Assembly: GCA_965250285.1 (NCBI GenBank)
Contig: OZ252299.1
Location: forward strand, 1,792,001-1,856,000
DNA from: Myxococcota bacterium
GTDB lineage: Bacteria > Myxococcota_A > UBA9160 > UBA4427
Length of the DNA stretch: 64,000 nt
Direction: 5' to 3'
In this document: piece after piece, positions 37,123-46,464 of the stretch
Numbering within the stretch: position 1 is the first letter of the stretch
Layout of the letters: each line of letters begins with the position of its first letter
The notes under the pieces: generated by a model
Database searches by the model: none
Told to the model about the DNA's origin: nothing
The model's input: only the letters and a program-made list of their open reading frames with translations
Position numbers and translations under genes: made by a program

Positions 37123-37332
37123 GGGGGATCGCCTCCTCTTTCTGGGTTCGACCGAGATTCAGAGATGACTGCACCGACGTCGGTGACCCGGGTCACCCGG
37201 GGACGCTCGCGTGAGACCCTGCCTGAATCGAGTGACACGCGAAGGGGTCGGCGCATGGCCGCGCAAAGCCGCTCGAACAGGCGAGGCGACGCTGCGCAGC
37301 GCCTCGACTATCGTCCGCGCGAGGAGGCGCTC

Positions 37333-38124
37333 TTGCACACGCGAGATCTGTTCGATTTGAGCGGCCGCACGGCCATCGTGACGGGCGGCGGCCGCGGAAT
37401 CGGGCGCCACCTCTCGATCGGCCTGGCCGAGGCCGGCGCCCGGGTCGTCGCGGTGTCGCGTCAAGTCGAGGCCTGCGAAGAAGTGGCGGCCCACATCCAA
37501 GCATCGGGCGGCGAAGCCCTCGCCCTCGCCTGCGACGTGTCGAAGCCCGAAGCCATCGATCGGCTCGTCCCCGAGGTCGTCGACCGCTGCGGCGCGATCG
37601 ATGTACTCGTGAACAACGCGGGCATGGTCTGGGCGGCGCCCACACTCGACTATCCGCTCGAGGGCTGGGATCGCGTCTTCGACCTGAACGTCCGCGGGCT
37701 CTTCTATCTGACTCAGCAGGTGGCGCGCCACATGGCCGAACGTGAGCGGGGATCGATCGTGCAGGTCAGCTCGATTTCGGCCTTCCGCTCGGCGGGCGAC
37801 GATCGTGAACCGGTCGTCGCCTACAACGCGAGCAAGGGCGCCGTCGTCTCGCTCACGCAGGATCTCGCGGTGAAGCTCGCGCCCCGCGGCATCCGGGTGA
37901 ACGGCATCGCGCCGGGCCCCTTCATGACCTCCATGATGGATCACGTCCGACACGACGACGCAGCGCTCGCGCGCTTCAACCGTCAGATCCCGATGGCGCG
38001 CTCCGGCGACGAGGACGACATCAAGGGCGCCGTCGTGTTCCTCGCGAGCGACGCGTCGGCCTTCGTGACGGGCCATACCCTGGTCGTCGACGGCGGCATG
38101 CTCTGCGCATCACCCGCGCTCTGA
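37333..38124 (+). CDS. Short-chain dehydrogenase/reductase (SDR)
   Basis: TGGGRGIG, NNAG, YNASK, NGIAPG, VTGHTLVVDGG. TTG start after GAGGAGG. Confidence 0.9.
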   Translation: MHTRDLFDLSGRTAIVTGGGRGIGRHLSIGLAEAGARVVAVSRQVEACEEVAAHIQASGGEALALACDVSKPEAIDRLVPEVVDRCGAIDVLVNNAGMVWAAPTLDYPLEGWDRVFDLNVRGLFYLTQQVARHMAERERGSIVQVSSISAFRSAGDDREPVVAYNASKGAVVSLTQDLAVKLAPRGIRVNGIAPGPFMTSMMDHVRHDDAALARFNRQIPMARSGDEDDIKGAVVFLASDASAFVTGHTLVVDGGMLCASPAL

Positions 38125-38162
38125 GCTTCGACCGACGTCGCGGTGTCGCTCCCTTGCGCAGG

Positions 38163-39878
38163 CTAGGCCTCGGCCTGTGCCCGGTACGTCACGCCGTCGA
38201 TCGTCACGCCGTCCGTCTCCAGGCGTGCGAGGGCGCGTTCGCGCAGCTCGCCGACCTGAAGCTTCGCATTCGCCGTGAACGAGAGCTCGTCGGTGCCGAA
38301 CTCGAGGATGTGCTTGGGGCGCTTGTACGCCGCCAGTCTCTCCTTCAGCTGCGCGTGGATCGAGTCGGCATCGAGCGTCACACCGCGGGCGGCGACCACA
38401 CAGAGCACGATCACCTCGCCGAGCACCGGGTGCGGTACGCCCACCGCCTGTGCCAGGCGCAGGTCGTCGCGCCCGGCGAGCGCCTGCTCGATCTCGAGCG
38501 GTGACACGTTCGCGCCGCCGGTCTTGATCAGATTCGAGAGTCGGCCCGACCAGTGCAGATAGCCCGCATCGTCGAAGTGCCCTCCATCCTGGGTGTGAAA
38601 GAAGCCGTTCTCGTCGAGGAAGAGTTCGGGGGCAACCTTGTAGTAGCCCCGCATCAGGCGCACACCGCGCACCGCGATCTCGCCCTTCGAGCCGGGCTCG
38701 GCGAGATCGGCTCCCGTTTCGGGATCGACGATCTTGAGCCGCATGCCGGGCAGGGGCTTGCCGCTCGTGTCGCGCCGCAGCTCCGGCGGGGCCGAGGCCG
38801 GTAGCGACGACGCGAGCGTGAACGTCTCGCTCATGCCGTACGAGCCGTAAGTGCCCCACTCGTCCCTCTCGATGCCGGCCAACGGCGCGAGCGGTGACGA
38901 GTACTCGATGTGCCGGAGACTCGAGAGGTTGCGCGTCGGAGCGCTCTCGTGCTCGGCCATCGCCTTTTCTTGGTGGGGCCAGGCGTTGAGCGTCGTCACC
39001 TGGCAGGCCTCGACGAGCGCGAGATAGCGCTCGGCATCGAACTTCTCTTCGAGGATCAGCGTGGCGCCCGACGTGAGCGAGGCCCCGAGCGACATCGTCA
39101 TGCCGGCCGTCCAGAAGAACGGCTGGGCCGTGAGCATCACGTCGTCGGGTGTGAGCGCCATGCTCTCCCCGAAGTGCCAACCCATGATCACGCCGGCGCG
39201 CTGCAGATGCAGCACGCCCTTCGGATGGGCTGTGGTGCCCGACGTATAGATCAGCACGCCTTCGTCGGCCGGATGCACCTCGTCGGCGATCGCTTCGACC
39301 AGGCCGGCATCGACGTCTTCTCCGGCGGCGAGCAACTCTGCATAGCCCTGTGCAGCCCCCCGCGCCCGAGCCATCCCGAGAACGAAAACCGACCTCAGGC
39401 ACGGCAGCTCCGCGCAGCGCACGCGGCCCGGCGCGCTCGACGCGATCGCTGGATGCGAGGCCACGAGATCGTCGACGAGATCCTTGCCGAGCAGCGAACC
39501 CTGTAGGAGCAGGATGGCGGCGTCGCTGTGGCGCAGGATGAACGCGCGCTCGTCGCGGGTCGCAAACGTGTTGACGGGGATCAGCACCCCGCCTGCGAGC
39601 CCGACGGCATAGGCTGCAACGACCCAGTCGATGTTGTTGCCGATCAGCACCGCCACCCGGGTGCCCTTGCCGACGCCGACGCCCACGAGGCCTCGCGCGA
39701 GCTGCATGGCCGCATCGCGCAGCTGCTCGAAGCTCAGCTCGCGCGCCACCGCGAAGTCCGCGTCCAGCTCACGCAGGGCCGGTCGATCGCCGAAGCGCTC
39801 GGCGACGTCGAAGAGCTGGCGCGGCACCGTCATGCGCGATGCGTCGGGCTGACGCTCGAGCTCGAGCGAGACCTCCAT
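38163..39878 (-). CDS. Acyl-CoA synthetase (class I adenylate-forming enzyme)
   Basis: YTSGTTAHPKG, YGMSET, IKTGGANVSPLEIE, AAYKRP. Start reset to ATG 39878, after AAGGAG. Confidence 0.9.
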   Translation of the reverse strand: MEVSLELERQPDASRMTVPRQLFDVAERFGDRPALRELDADFAVARELSFEQLRDAAMQLARGLVGVGVGKGTRVAVLIGNNIDWVVAAYAVGLAGGVLIPVNTFATRDERAFILRHSDAAILLLQGSLLGKDLVDDLVASHPAIASSAPGRVRCAELPCLRSVFVLGMARARGAAQGYAELLAAGEDVDAGLVEAIADEVHPADEGVLIYTSGTTAHPKGVLHLQRAGVIMGWHFGESMALTPDDVMLTAQPFFWTAGMTMSLGASLTSGATLILEEKFDAERYLALVEACQVTTLNAWPHQEKAMAEHESAPTRNLSSLRHIEYSSPLAPLAGIERDEWGTYGSYGMSETFTLASSLPASAPPELRRDTSGKPLPGMRLKIVDPETGADLAEPGSKGEIAVRGVRLMRGYYKVAPELFLDENGFFHTQDGGHFDDAGYLHWSGRLSNLIKTGGANVSPLEIEQALAGRDDLRLAQAVGVPHPVLGEVIVLCVVAARGVTLDADSIHAQLKERLAAYKRPKHILEFGTDELSFTANAKLQVGELRERALARLETDGVTIDGVTYRAQAEA

Positions 39879-39921
39879 GCCGTCTCCTTGGCGCGACACC
39901 GATCGACACGAGCAGATCGGG

Positions 39922-41115
39922 TCAGTCGCGCCGCCAGGGCTGCGGCTGCGTCTCGGTCGGCAGCCGCACCTTGACCTCGGCGGTCGCGTTCACGTCGCCG
40001 TTCTGGTTCGACATCGTGACCGAGACGGTCGCCACCGGCTGTCCCGTCGGGTCGTTGAAGTCGACGTGCGAGACCTCGCCGTCGAGGTACGTCAGATCGC
40101 CGGTCATCGCGGGCGATCGGTACGACGCGTTCGAGTGGATGATGTCGGCCCACTCGCCGCCCCAGTTCGCGACGTAGTCGAGGATCCACGCGCCCATCGA
40201 CGCGCCGTAGCCATAGCCGCGGGGCAGACCGATCAGCTGGGCGTACTTCTGCTGCACGTGGCCGCGCGACGGGCCGTGATAGAGCCCGTCGCCCAGCGTC
40301 GGATCGAACTCGACCGCTTCGAGGTCGCGCGACATCTCGGGCAGCCAGCCCGCGTCGTAGAGCGAGCTCGGCCCCCCGTCGGCCCGAAACGCGCTCCAGA
40401 CCGTCATCGTGTAGGCGCGCCACTCCGTGGTGAAGCTCGCGATCGTGTGCGGGCCGATCGGGCGGCGCGGCAGCTTCTCGCCTTCCTTCACGACGGTGCG
40501 TCTTTCGTGGCCGAGCTCGTAGAACGTGCGGTAGTACTCGAACTTCTCTTCTTCGATGGCCATCAGCTGGTCTTCGGTCCACTCGGGATCCTTGTCGTCA
40601 CTGAACAGCTGGCGCTTGCGCGCCTCTTCGGCGAGGTAGCGAATCGAGGTCGAGCGTTGTTTGCAGATGAACTCGCCGTTCTGATTCACGTAGGTCGTGT
40701 CGCCGCGCGAGAACATCGTCGGGCCGGCAAACTTCGTGTTCGCCACCTTGTAGTCGAAGAGCATGCGATCGCGCTTGATGAGGTCGCCGGGCCGGATCCG
40801 CGGCCCGAAGAACCACCACTCGTCACCGCCGAAGAGCATGTGGGTGCCGGGGATCGTGCCCTGGATCGCCGGCGCTGCGCCGTGGCTGTCGTCGGTCACC
40901 ACCGCGAACGACTGCGGCGCCACGAACTCGCCGAACCGCGACTCGGCCGCCGTCTCCTCCTTGAAGAAGAGCGGGTTCGGGTTCTGCATTGCCTGGGCCC
41001 AGCGGCGGATGTCGTTGGGCGCCACGGGATCCTTCGCCTGGCCTCCCCCGAGCGGCACGCCGATCCACGGATCCACGTGACTGGTATCGAACTCGACTTC
41101 TTCGTCCGCGCTCAT
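39922..41115 (-). CDS. Double hot-dog (MaoC-like) dehydratase
   Basis: N-terminal DIRRWAQAMQNPNPLF...FGGDEWWF and C-terminal HVQQKYA...YGYGASMGAWILDY...GDLTYLDG halves. Start ATG 41115. Confidence 0.8.
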   Translation of the reverse strand: MSADEEVEFDTSHVDPWIGVPLGGGQAKDPVAPNDIRRWAQAMQNPNPLFFKEETAAESRFGEFVAPQSFAVVTDDSHGAAPAIQGTIPGTHMLFGGDEWWFFGPRIRPGDLIKRDRMLFDYKVANTKFAGPTMFSRGDTTYVNQNGEFICKQRSTSIRYLAEEARKRQLFSDDKDPEWTEDQLMAIEEEKFEYYRTFYELGHERRTVVKEGEKLPRRPIGPHTIASFTTEWRAYTMTVWSAFRADGGPSSLYDAGWLPEMSRDLEAVEFDPTLGDGLYHGPSRGHVQQKYAQLIGLPRGYGYGASMGAWILDYVANWGGEWADIIHSNASYRSPAMTGDLTYLDGEVSHVDFNDPTGQPVATVSVTMSNQNGDVNATAEVKVRLPTETQPQPWRRD

Positions 41116-41155
41116 CTCGGGGCTCCGGTCAGGGGGTTCGGGTCGAAGCGGGATT

Positions 41156-41174
41156 ATCTGACGGACCGTCAGAA
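41156..41174. promoter_or_regulatory. Putative operator, copy 2 (ATCTGACG-GAC-CGTCAGAA)
   Basis: Perfect 8-bp palindrome TCTGACGG-A-CCGTCAGA in the divergent promoter region between the MaoC-like and VOC genes. Confidence 0.7.
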
Positions 41175-41232
41175 GCGTCAAGCGGCGCTTCGAGACGGGC
41201 CTGGGGCCCCTTTCGGCCGCTACTCTCGCCCG

Positions 41233-41697
41233 ATGCCGATCGAAGCCTTCTCGCACGTGGGGGTCTGCGTCGCCGACCTCGACCGCTCCATCGCGTTCTA
41301 CCGAGACGCGCTCGGCTTCGAAGAGCTGCACCACATGTCGGTGCGCGGTGCCGATGCGGCGCGTCTGCTCGCGCTCGACGATGTCGAGCTCGAGGCGGTG
41401 TATCTGCGGCGGGATGGCGTCGTCGTCGAGCTGCTCGCCTACGGCGCACCGGGCGTCGAGCGGGTCGACACACCCCGCCCGATGAACCGCGCCGGGCTGA
41501 CGCACCTGTCGCTGCGGGTCAGCGACTTCGACGCCGTGCTGGTGCGCATCGAGGCGCACGGCGGCCACGTGCTCCGTGACACCGAGACCCGGCAGCCCGC
41601 CTACGACATGGCCGTCGTGTTCGTGACCGACCCCGACGGCGCCCGCATCGAGCTGCTCCAGGCGCCCGGAGACCCGACGCAGCTGCCCGGCGCCTGA
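41233..41697 (+). CDS. VOC/glyoxalase family protein
   Basis: HVGVCVADLDRSIAFY, VELL, HLSLRV, DPDGARIEL. Start ATG 41233. Confidence 0.9.
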   Translation: MPIEAFSHVGVCVADLDRSIAFYRDALGFEELHHMSVRGADAARLLALDDVELEAVYLRRDGVVVELLAYGAPGVERVDTPRPMNRAGLTHLSLRVSDFDAVLVRIEAHGGHVLRDTETRQPAYDMAVVFVTDPDGARIELLQAPGDPTQLPGA

Positions 41698-41799
41698 TCG
41701 GCGGCCAAGGCCGCGCCGACGTGTCGGCCGCGCCCCATGCGATCCACGCTCAAGGGCCCGTCCCGTCCATCCGACACCAGGCTGTGGAGGGACCACCCC

Positions 41800-42555
41800 A
41801 TGCAGGCACTCGCCGGCGTCTCGTTCACGCTGCTGATCGGCGTCTCACTCGTCGTCGGCGTGCGCATGCTCGCGCTCGCCGCCCGCACCCGTGAGGTGCC
41901 CGAGTGGGCGCTGGGGGCGAACCTGGTGCTGGTGATGGGCGTCGCCTACCCGGGGATGATTCTGCTCGAGAGCGATCTCGGGTGGAGCCTCGGCGTACAG
42001 CGCGCGCTGATGATCGGGTTGAATCTCACGATCAATACCGGCTTCCTGCTGCTCTTCGTCTTCACGGCCCACGTGTTTCGGCCGGGCGTTCGCTGGGCGC
42101 ACTGGCTGATCGCAGCCGCGGCGTGCGCGTTCATCGTGCACGTCTCGCTCGTCGCGCACATCCTGTACACGGCCGAAGACCTCGCGGCGAGCCGGCCCGC
42201 GGCCACGCAGGCCGGCCTGATCTCACTCGGCACGGCATCGATCGGCTACGCGTGGTCAGGCTTCGAGGCGTTCGCCCACTGGAATCGCTTGCGCCGGCGC
42301 GAGCGGCTGGGTCTCATCGACCCGGTGCTGCGCGATCGCATGTGGCTCTGGGCGATGATGATCACGGCGTCGCTCCTCGGCGCAGCGGCCAACTGGGTCT
42401 ACCTGCTGCTCGGGATCGACGTGCTCGTGACCCCGTCGGCGATGCTGATCACGTCGCTCACCGGGCTGGCGCAGGGCGTCTTTCTCTGGCTCACGTTCAT
42501 GCCGCCTGCCGCCTACGTCGCGTGGGTTCGGCGCCGCGCCGAGCCGGCGGCCTAG
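41800..42555 (+). CDS. Hypothetical seven-TM membrane protein
   Basis: Seven hydrophobic segments by eye; GGAGG SD before ATG 41800. Confidence 0.75.
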   Translation: MQALAGVSFTLLIGVSLVVGVRMLALAARTREVPEWALGANLVLVMGVAYPGMILLESDLGWSLGVQRALMIGLNLTINTGFLLLFVFTAHVFRPGVRWAHWLIAAAACAFIVHVSLVAHILYTAEDLAASRPAATQAGLISLGTASIGYAWSGFEAFAHWNRLRRRERLGLIDPVLRDRMWLWAMMITASLLGAAANWVYLLLGIDVLVTPSAMLITSLTGLAQGVFLWLTFMPPAAYVAWVRRRAEPAA

Positions 42556-42574
42556 CGCTCCCACCCGCTCGGCT

Positions 42575-43558
42575 TCAGACCGCCGCCCAGGCTTCGAGCG
42601 CCGCATCGAGGTCGCCGCCGAAGACGGTCGGCGCGATCACCGGCAGATCGACCCCCGCCCGTCGAAACGCAGCGAGCCGACTGGCAATGCGCTCGGCATC
42701 ACCGATCGCGAAGACGCCCTCGATCCACGCGTCGGGCACGAGCGACCGCGCTTCGGCGTGCGCCCCCGCCGCCCACGCCGACGCGATCGCATCGATGCGT
42801 TGGCCCTGCCCGAGCCCGCGGTAGAGCGCGGCGTACGTCGGCACCGCGAGATACGCGGCCAGGGTGCGGCGGGCATGGGCGCGGCCGCGCTCTTCGTCGG
42901 GGTCGAGCAGACACCCGACGCGCAAACACACCTCGCCTCGGCCGCGCGCAGGCTCGGCCGCGCGGAATCGCTCGACGATGCGCGCCGCATGGTCGGGCCC
43001 GACGAGCGAGAGCCACACGCCGTCGGCCTCCCGTGCGGCCAGCTCGAGCATGCGGGGCCCGAGGGCCGCGAGATGGATCGGCGGCGGCGCGTCCAGCGCC
43101 ACGCCGAGTCGAAAGCCCTGCACGCCGAGCGCTTGCCCCGCGTCGTCGGCGCGCGCCCCGGCGAGCGTCGCCCTCAGCCAGCGCAGCGTGTCGCGCATGC
43201 GCGCGTAGGCGCGCCGAAGCGGCAGGCCGTTCCAGCCCTCGACGATCGGCGCCGACGAGGTGCCGAGGCCGAGCGTGAAGCGCCCCGGGGCCGCATCGGT
43301 GAGCGACGCGGCCTGCATCGCGAGCAAGGCCGGCCCGCGCGTGAAGATCGACGCGATGGCCGTCCCCAGCCGAACGCGCTGTGTCTGGGCCGCGGCCGCC
43401 GAGAGCGGCGTGAAGGCATCGTACGCGTCGGTCTCCTGGCTCCAGAGATCGGTGAAGCCGAGCGCTTCGATCCGGCTGAGACGTTCGCCATCCGCGGCGA
43501 GGGAATCGCCCGCGACCGGGCAGTTCAGCCCGATCCGCCGCTCGACGCGGTCAGCCGC
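42575..43558 (-). CDS. LLM-class (luciferase-like) flavin/F420-dependent oxidoreductase; no canonical start codon
   Basis: Frame stays open and LLM-like upstream of the ORF-track start (RIGL...GFTDLWSQE...RVRLGTAI...GRFTLGLGTS, AALGPRML). The expected coupled start position (43558) reads GCG. Confidence 0.75.
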   Translation of the reverse strand, partial: AADRVERRIGLNCPVAGDSLAADGERLSRIEALGFTDLWSQETDAYDAFTPLSAAAAQTQRVRLGTAIASIFTRGPALLAMQAASLTDAAPGRFTLGLGTSSAPIVEGWNGLPLRRAYARMRDTLRWLRATLAGARADDAGQALGVQGFRLGVALDAPPPIHLAALGPRMLELAAREADGVWLSLVGPDHAARIVERFRAAEPARGRGEVCLRVGCLLDPDEERGRAHARRTLAAYLAVPTYAALYRGLGQGQRIDAIASAWAAGAHAEARSLVPDAWIEGVFAIGDAERIASRLAAFRRAGVDLPVIAPTVFGGDLDAALEAWAAV

Positions 43559-44672
43559 GACCGGAGAGCCCCAGTGCGGCCTGGGCCACGACGCTGCGCA
43601 TGATCTCCGTGGTGCCGCCGCCGATCGTCTCCCACAGGCTCTGGCGCCACAGAAACTCGGGCCGTTCGCCCACGACGAGCGCCTCGGGCCCGCCGAGCTC
43701 GAGTACGGCCGTCGCGATGTGCTGGCTCGCCAGCGTATGCGCCACTTTGTTGGCCGCGGCCTCGGCCGCCGCCGGGCGCCCCGCGATCATCGCGTCGAGC
43801 ACGAGCAGGCCGTGCATCTCGACCTCTTCGGCCTCGACCACGAGCTCGGCCATGCGCCGCTGCACCACCGGGTCACGGTGCAACCCCCGCGCTTCGAGCC
43901 AGTCGCGCATCTCTTCGATGTCTCGGCGCACACGGCCGGGCGGAAACTGGATGTGCCGCTCGTCGGCCAGCGCCTCGCCCATGATCGTCCAGGCTCCGTT
44001 CTCGGGGCCCACGCGCTGCGCCTCGGGGACGAACGCACCGTCGAAATGCACCTCGTTCAGCTGATCATCGTCGAGCAGCGGCAGGGGCGTCACCGTCACG
44101 CCCGGCGTCTCCTTCGGCACGATGAAGAGCGAGAGCCCCCGGCCGCGGCTCTCCTGATCGCCGGTGCGCGCGAGCAGCCAGAAGCAGTCCATGTCCTGGG
44201 CGTAGCTCTGCCAGCACTTCTGCCCCTCGATCCGGTAGCCGCCCTCAGCGGGGATCGCGCGGCAGCGCAGACTCGCCAGATCGCTGCCGGCCTCGGGTTC
44301 GGAGTACGCCAGCGAGAAGTGAAGCGACCCGCTTCGAATCTCGGGCAGCCACTGTGCTTTCTGCGCTTCGGTGCCGACGCGGATGAGCGAGCGGGCCACG
44401 ATCCCCGCCGAGAGTGGGTTGCGGGCGGCGCGGGCATACGCGACCTCGTCCCAGAGGATGTACTCGTAGGCCGGGCCCCGGCCGAGTCCGCCGTCGACCT
44501 CGGGCCAGGCGAGCGAGAGCCAGCCGCGCTCACCCATCGCTTCAAAGAGCTGCTTCACTCGGGGCCACTGGTGGCCCTGCTTGAAGAACCCGTCGAGGTC
44601 GCGGTAGTCGGCCAGCAGCGCCCGAACGTCCGTGCGAAACGCTTCTTCGGCCTCGCTGAAGCGGGGGTTCAC
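43551..44672 (-). CDS. Acyl-CoA dehydrogenase (probable catalytic subunit)
   Basis: YSEPEAGSDLA, GQKCWQS, NEVHFD, LADER, TIGGGTTEIMR. GTG start overlaps the upstream stop (GTGA). Confidence 0.9.
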   Translation of the reverse strand: MNPRFSEAEEAFRTDVRALLADYRDLDGFFKQGHQWPRVKQLFEAMGERGWLSLAWPEVDGGLGRGPAYEYILWDEVAYARAARNPLSAGIVARSLIRVGTEAQKAQWLPEIRSGSLHFSLAYSEPEAGSDLASLRCRAIPAEGGYRIEGQKCWQSYAQDMDCFWLLARTGDQESRGRGLSLFIVPKETPGVTVTPLPLLDDDQLNEVHFDGAFVPEAQRVGPENGAWTIMGEALADERHIQFPPGRVRRDIEEMRDWLEARGLHRDPVVQRRMAELVVEAEEVEMHGLLVLDAMIAGRPAAAEAAANKVAHTLASQHIATAVLELGGPEALVVGERPEFLWRQSLWETIGGGTTEIMRSVVAQAALGLSGRG

Positions 44673-45514
44673 TCGTCCTCCCCACTGCGCGCGTTCGGGT
44701 CGGGGTTCCAACGCGGAGCGCGCTTCTCCATGAACGCGCGCGGCCCCTCTTCGAAGTCGGGATGCGCCCAGTGCAGGCGCAGCAACGCCCAGGCGTGCTC
44801 GAGCGCCTGGTTGTAGCCCTGCTCGCGCGCGCCCCACACGGCCTGCTTGCTGAGCGCCACCGCCTGGGGCGAGTTCTCGCAGATCTGCGCAGCGATCTCG
44901 CGTGCCGCCTCGAGCGCCGCTGCCGGATCTTCGGCCAGCTCGTCGACCAGTCCGAGCTGATACGCGCGCTCGGCCTTCATGCGGTAGCCCTTGCCCTGCA
45001 GCGTCAGGCGCAGCGCGGCCCCGAGCGGCAGCCGCATCGCGAGGCCGACGTTCTCGAGCGCACCGACCATGCCGACGTTCACGTGGGTATCGGTGAACGC
45101 GGCGTTCTTCGACGCCACGACGATGTCGGCGTCGACGACGAAGTGGTGGCCGCCCCCGACGCACAGCCCCTGCACCACGCAGAGGACCGGCTTCATGACG
45201 CGATTCTGATACGGAGACCAGAAAACGGCCTCGCTGAGCGGGCGGTTCGCGAACACCTCGTCGGCCTCGTCGCCTTCGGCCTCGGGCACGTCGAAGCCCG
45301 TGCAGAAGTGACGCTCGCCGCTGGCAGTCACGATCGCCACGCGCACCTCCGGGTCGTCACGGACGTCGCTCCAGATCGCACGGACGATGGGCTGCATGCC
45401 CGGCGTCAGTGCGTTGCCGCGCTCGGGTCGATCGAGGGTGATCGTGGCGATGCCTCCGGCCTTCTCGTAGCGAAGCCCCGGCAACGCACCCGAGAGATCG
45501 ATGTCACTCGCCAT
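44669..45514 (-). CDS. Enoyl-CoA hydratase/isomerase family protein
   Basis: ITLDRPERGNAL, FCTGFD, KPVLCVVQGLCVGGG, EGPRAFMEKRAP. Start ATG 45514 (TGATG overlap). Confidence 0.9.
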   Translation of the reverse strand: MASDIDLSGALPGLRYEKAGGIATITLDRPERGNALTPGMQPIVRAIWSDVRDDPEVRVAIVTASGERHFCTGFDVPEAEGDEADEVFANRPLSEAVFWSPYQNRVMKPVLCVVQGLCVGGGHHFVVDADIVVASKNAAFTDTHVNVGMVGALENVGLAMRLPLGAALRLTLQGKGYRMKAERAYQLGLVDELAEDPAAALEAAREIAAQICENSPQAVALSKQAVWGAREQGYNQALEHAWALLRLHWAHPDFEEGPRAFMEKRAPRWNPDPNARSGEDE

Positions 45515-46464
45515 CACGGCTCCTCCGCGCCCGTCGACCAACCGAGACCTTCGAGCACGGCGCCCAGGGCGTGGCGCTCGGTCGGCGCATCGGCCACCCA
45601 CTGGCGCGCCCGCCGAGTGAGATGGTAGATCGGTCCTTCGAGCGTGATCCCGACGGCGCCGAACACCTGGTGGGCGACGTGAATCGTGTCGAGCACTGCG
45701 CGAGCCGACGACAGCCGAGCCTTTGCAGCTGTTCGTCGCGGCGCAGCGATGTCGTGATCGAACGCGTAGGCCGCGGCGCGGGCCAGCCCCGTGGCAGCAG
45801 AGAGCGCCATGTGGACATCGGCCAGCGGATGCGCCACGGCCTGAAAGTCGCCGATCGGCTTGCGAAACTGCTTGCGCGTGCGCGCATGCTCGGCCGCCAG
45901 GCCAACGAGCGCGCGACCGCAGCCCGCCAACTTCGCCGCCCGAGCGATGTCGGCCAGGGTCGAGGCGCGCTCCACGGCGCCGAGCGCGCGCGAATCGACC
46001 AGCTGCACTCGAGCGACGGGGTCGCCGCCGAGGCTCGCCACGGCTTCGGGATCGCCGTTCGGCGTGCCGGCGCGCGCGCCGTCCGAGCCGATCTCGATGA
46101 CGACATCGGCGTCGGAGCCGTACGGAAAGAGCCCGCCCTCGCCGAGCGCGACGAGCGCCTGGCCGTCGGCGACCCGCGCGACCACGTCGGCGTCGCCGAG
46201 GGCCTGGGTGGCGAAATAGGTCGCCGTGAACGGGCCCGGAAACCCACCGGCGCCGAGCGCTTCCATGGCGGCGACGATCTCGAGCGCCCCGCCCTCGCCC
46301 CCCGGCGTGCACGGTGCAAAGACGCCGAGCTCCCCCAGCTCGCTCCAGAGCCCACGCGACCACGCGATGCGGCCCACCGCGTCGTCGGCTCGCTCGGCGC
46401 AGTAGCCCGCGAGCGCGTCGTGGATCGCCTGCTGGCCGTCGTCGAACGCGAGCGAGAGGGTCAT
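45514..46464 (-). CDS. Acyl-CoA dehydrogenase (short, probable non-catalytic subunit)
   Basis: RKQFRKPIGDFQAVAH, HQVFGAVGITLE. ATGA overlap with the upstream stop. Confidence 0.85.
   Translation of the reverse strand: MTLSLAFDDGQQAIHDALAGYCAERADDAVGRIAWSRGLWSELGELGVFAPCTPGGEGGALEIVAAMEALGAGGFPGPFTATYFATQALGDADVVARVADGQALVALGEGGLFPYGSDADVVIEIGSDGARAGTPNGDPEAVASLGGDPVARVQLVDSRALGAVERASTLADIARAAKLAGCGRALVGLAAEHARTRKQFRKPIGDFQAVAHPLADVHMALSAATGLARAAAYAFDHDIAAPRRTAAKARLSSARAVLDTIHVAHQVFGAVGITLEGPIYHLTRRARQWVADAPTERHALGAVLEGLGWSTGAEEP

Noticed and set aside
37182..37197. Palindrome GGTGACCCGGGTCACC as a fourth copy of the 19-bp operator
   Set aside because: Its TGAC-GTCA spacing is 4 rather than 5 and the ATC/GAT flanks are absent. 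It may be an independent site.
36703..37332. Long N-terminal extension on the SDR (473-aa ORF)
   Set aside because: The extension is Arg-rich, spans the 9-bp repeat and is antisense to the small secreted gene. A strong SD supports the TTG start at 37333.
41800..42555. Microbial rhodopsin
   Set aside because: Seven TMs, but no retinal-binding Lys (DxxxK) in helix 7 and no RYxDW-like helix 3 motif.
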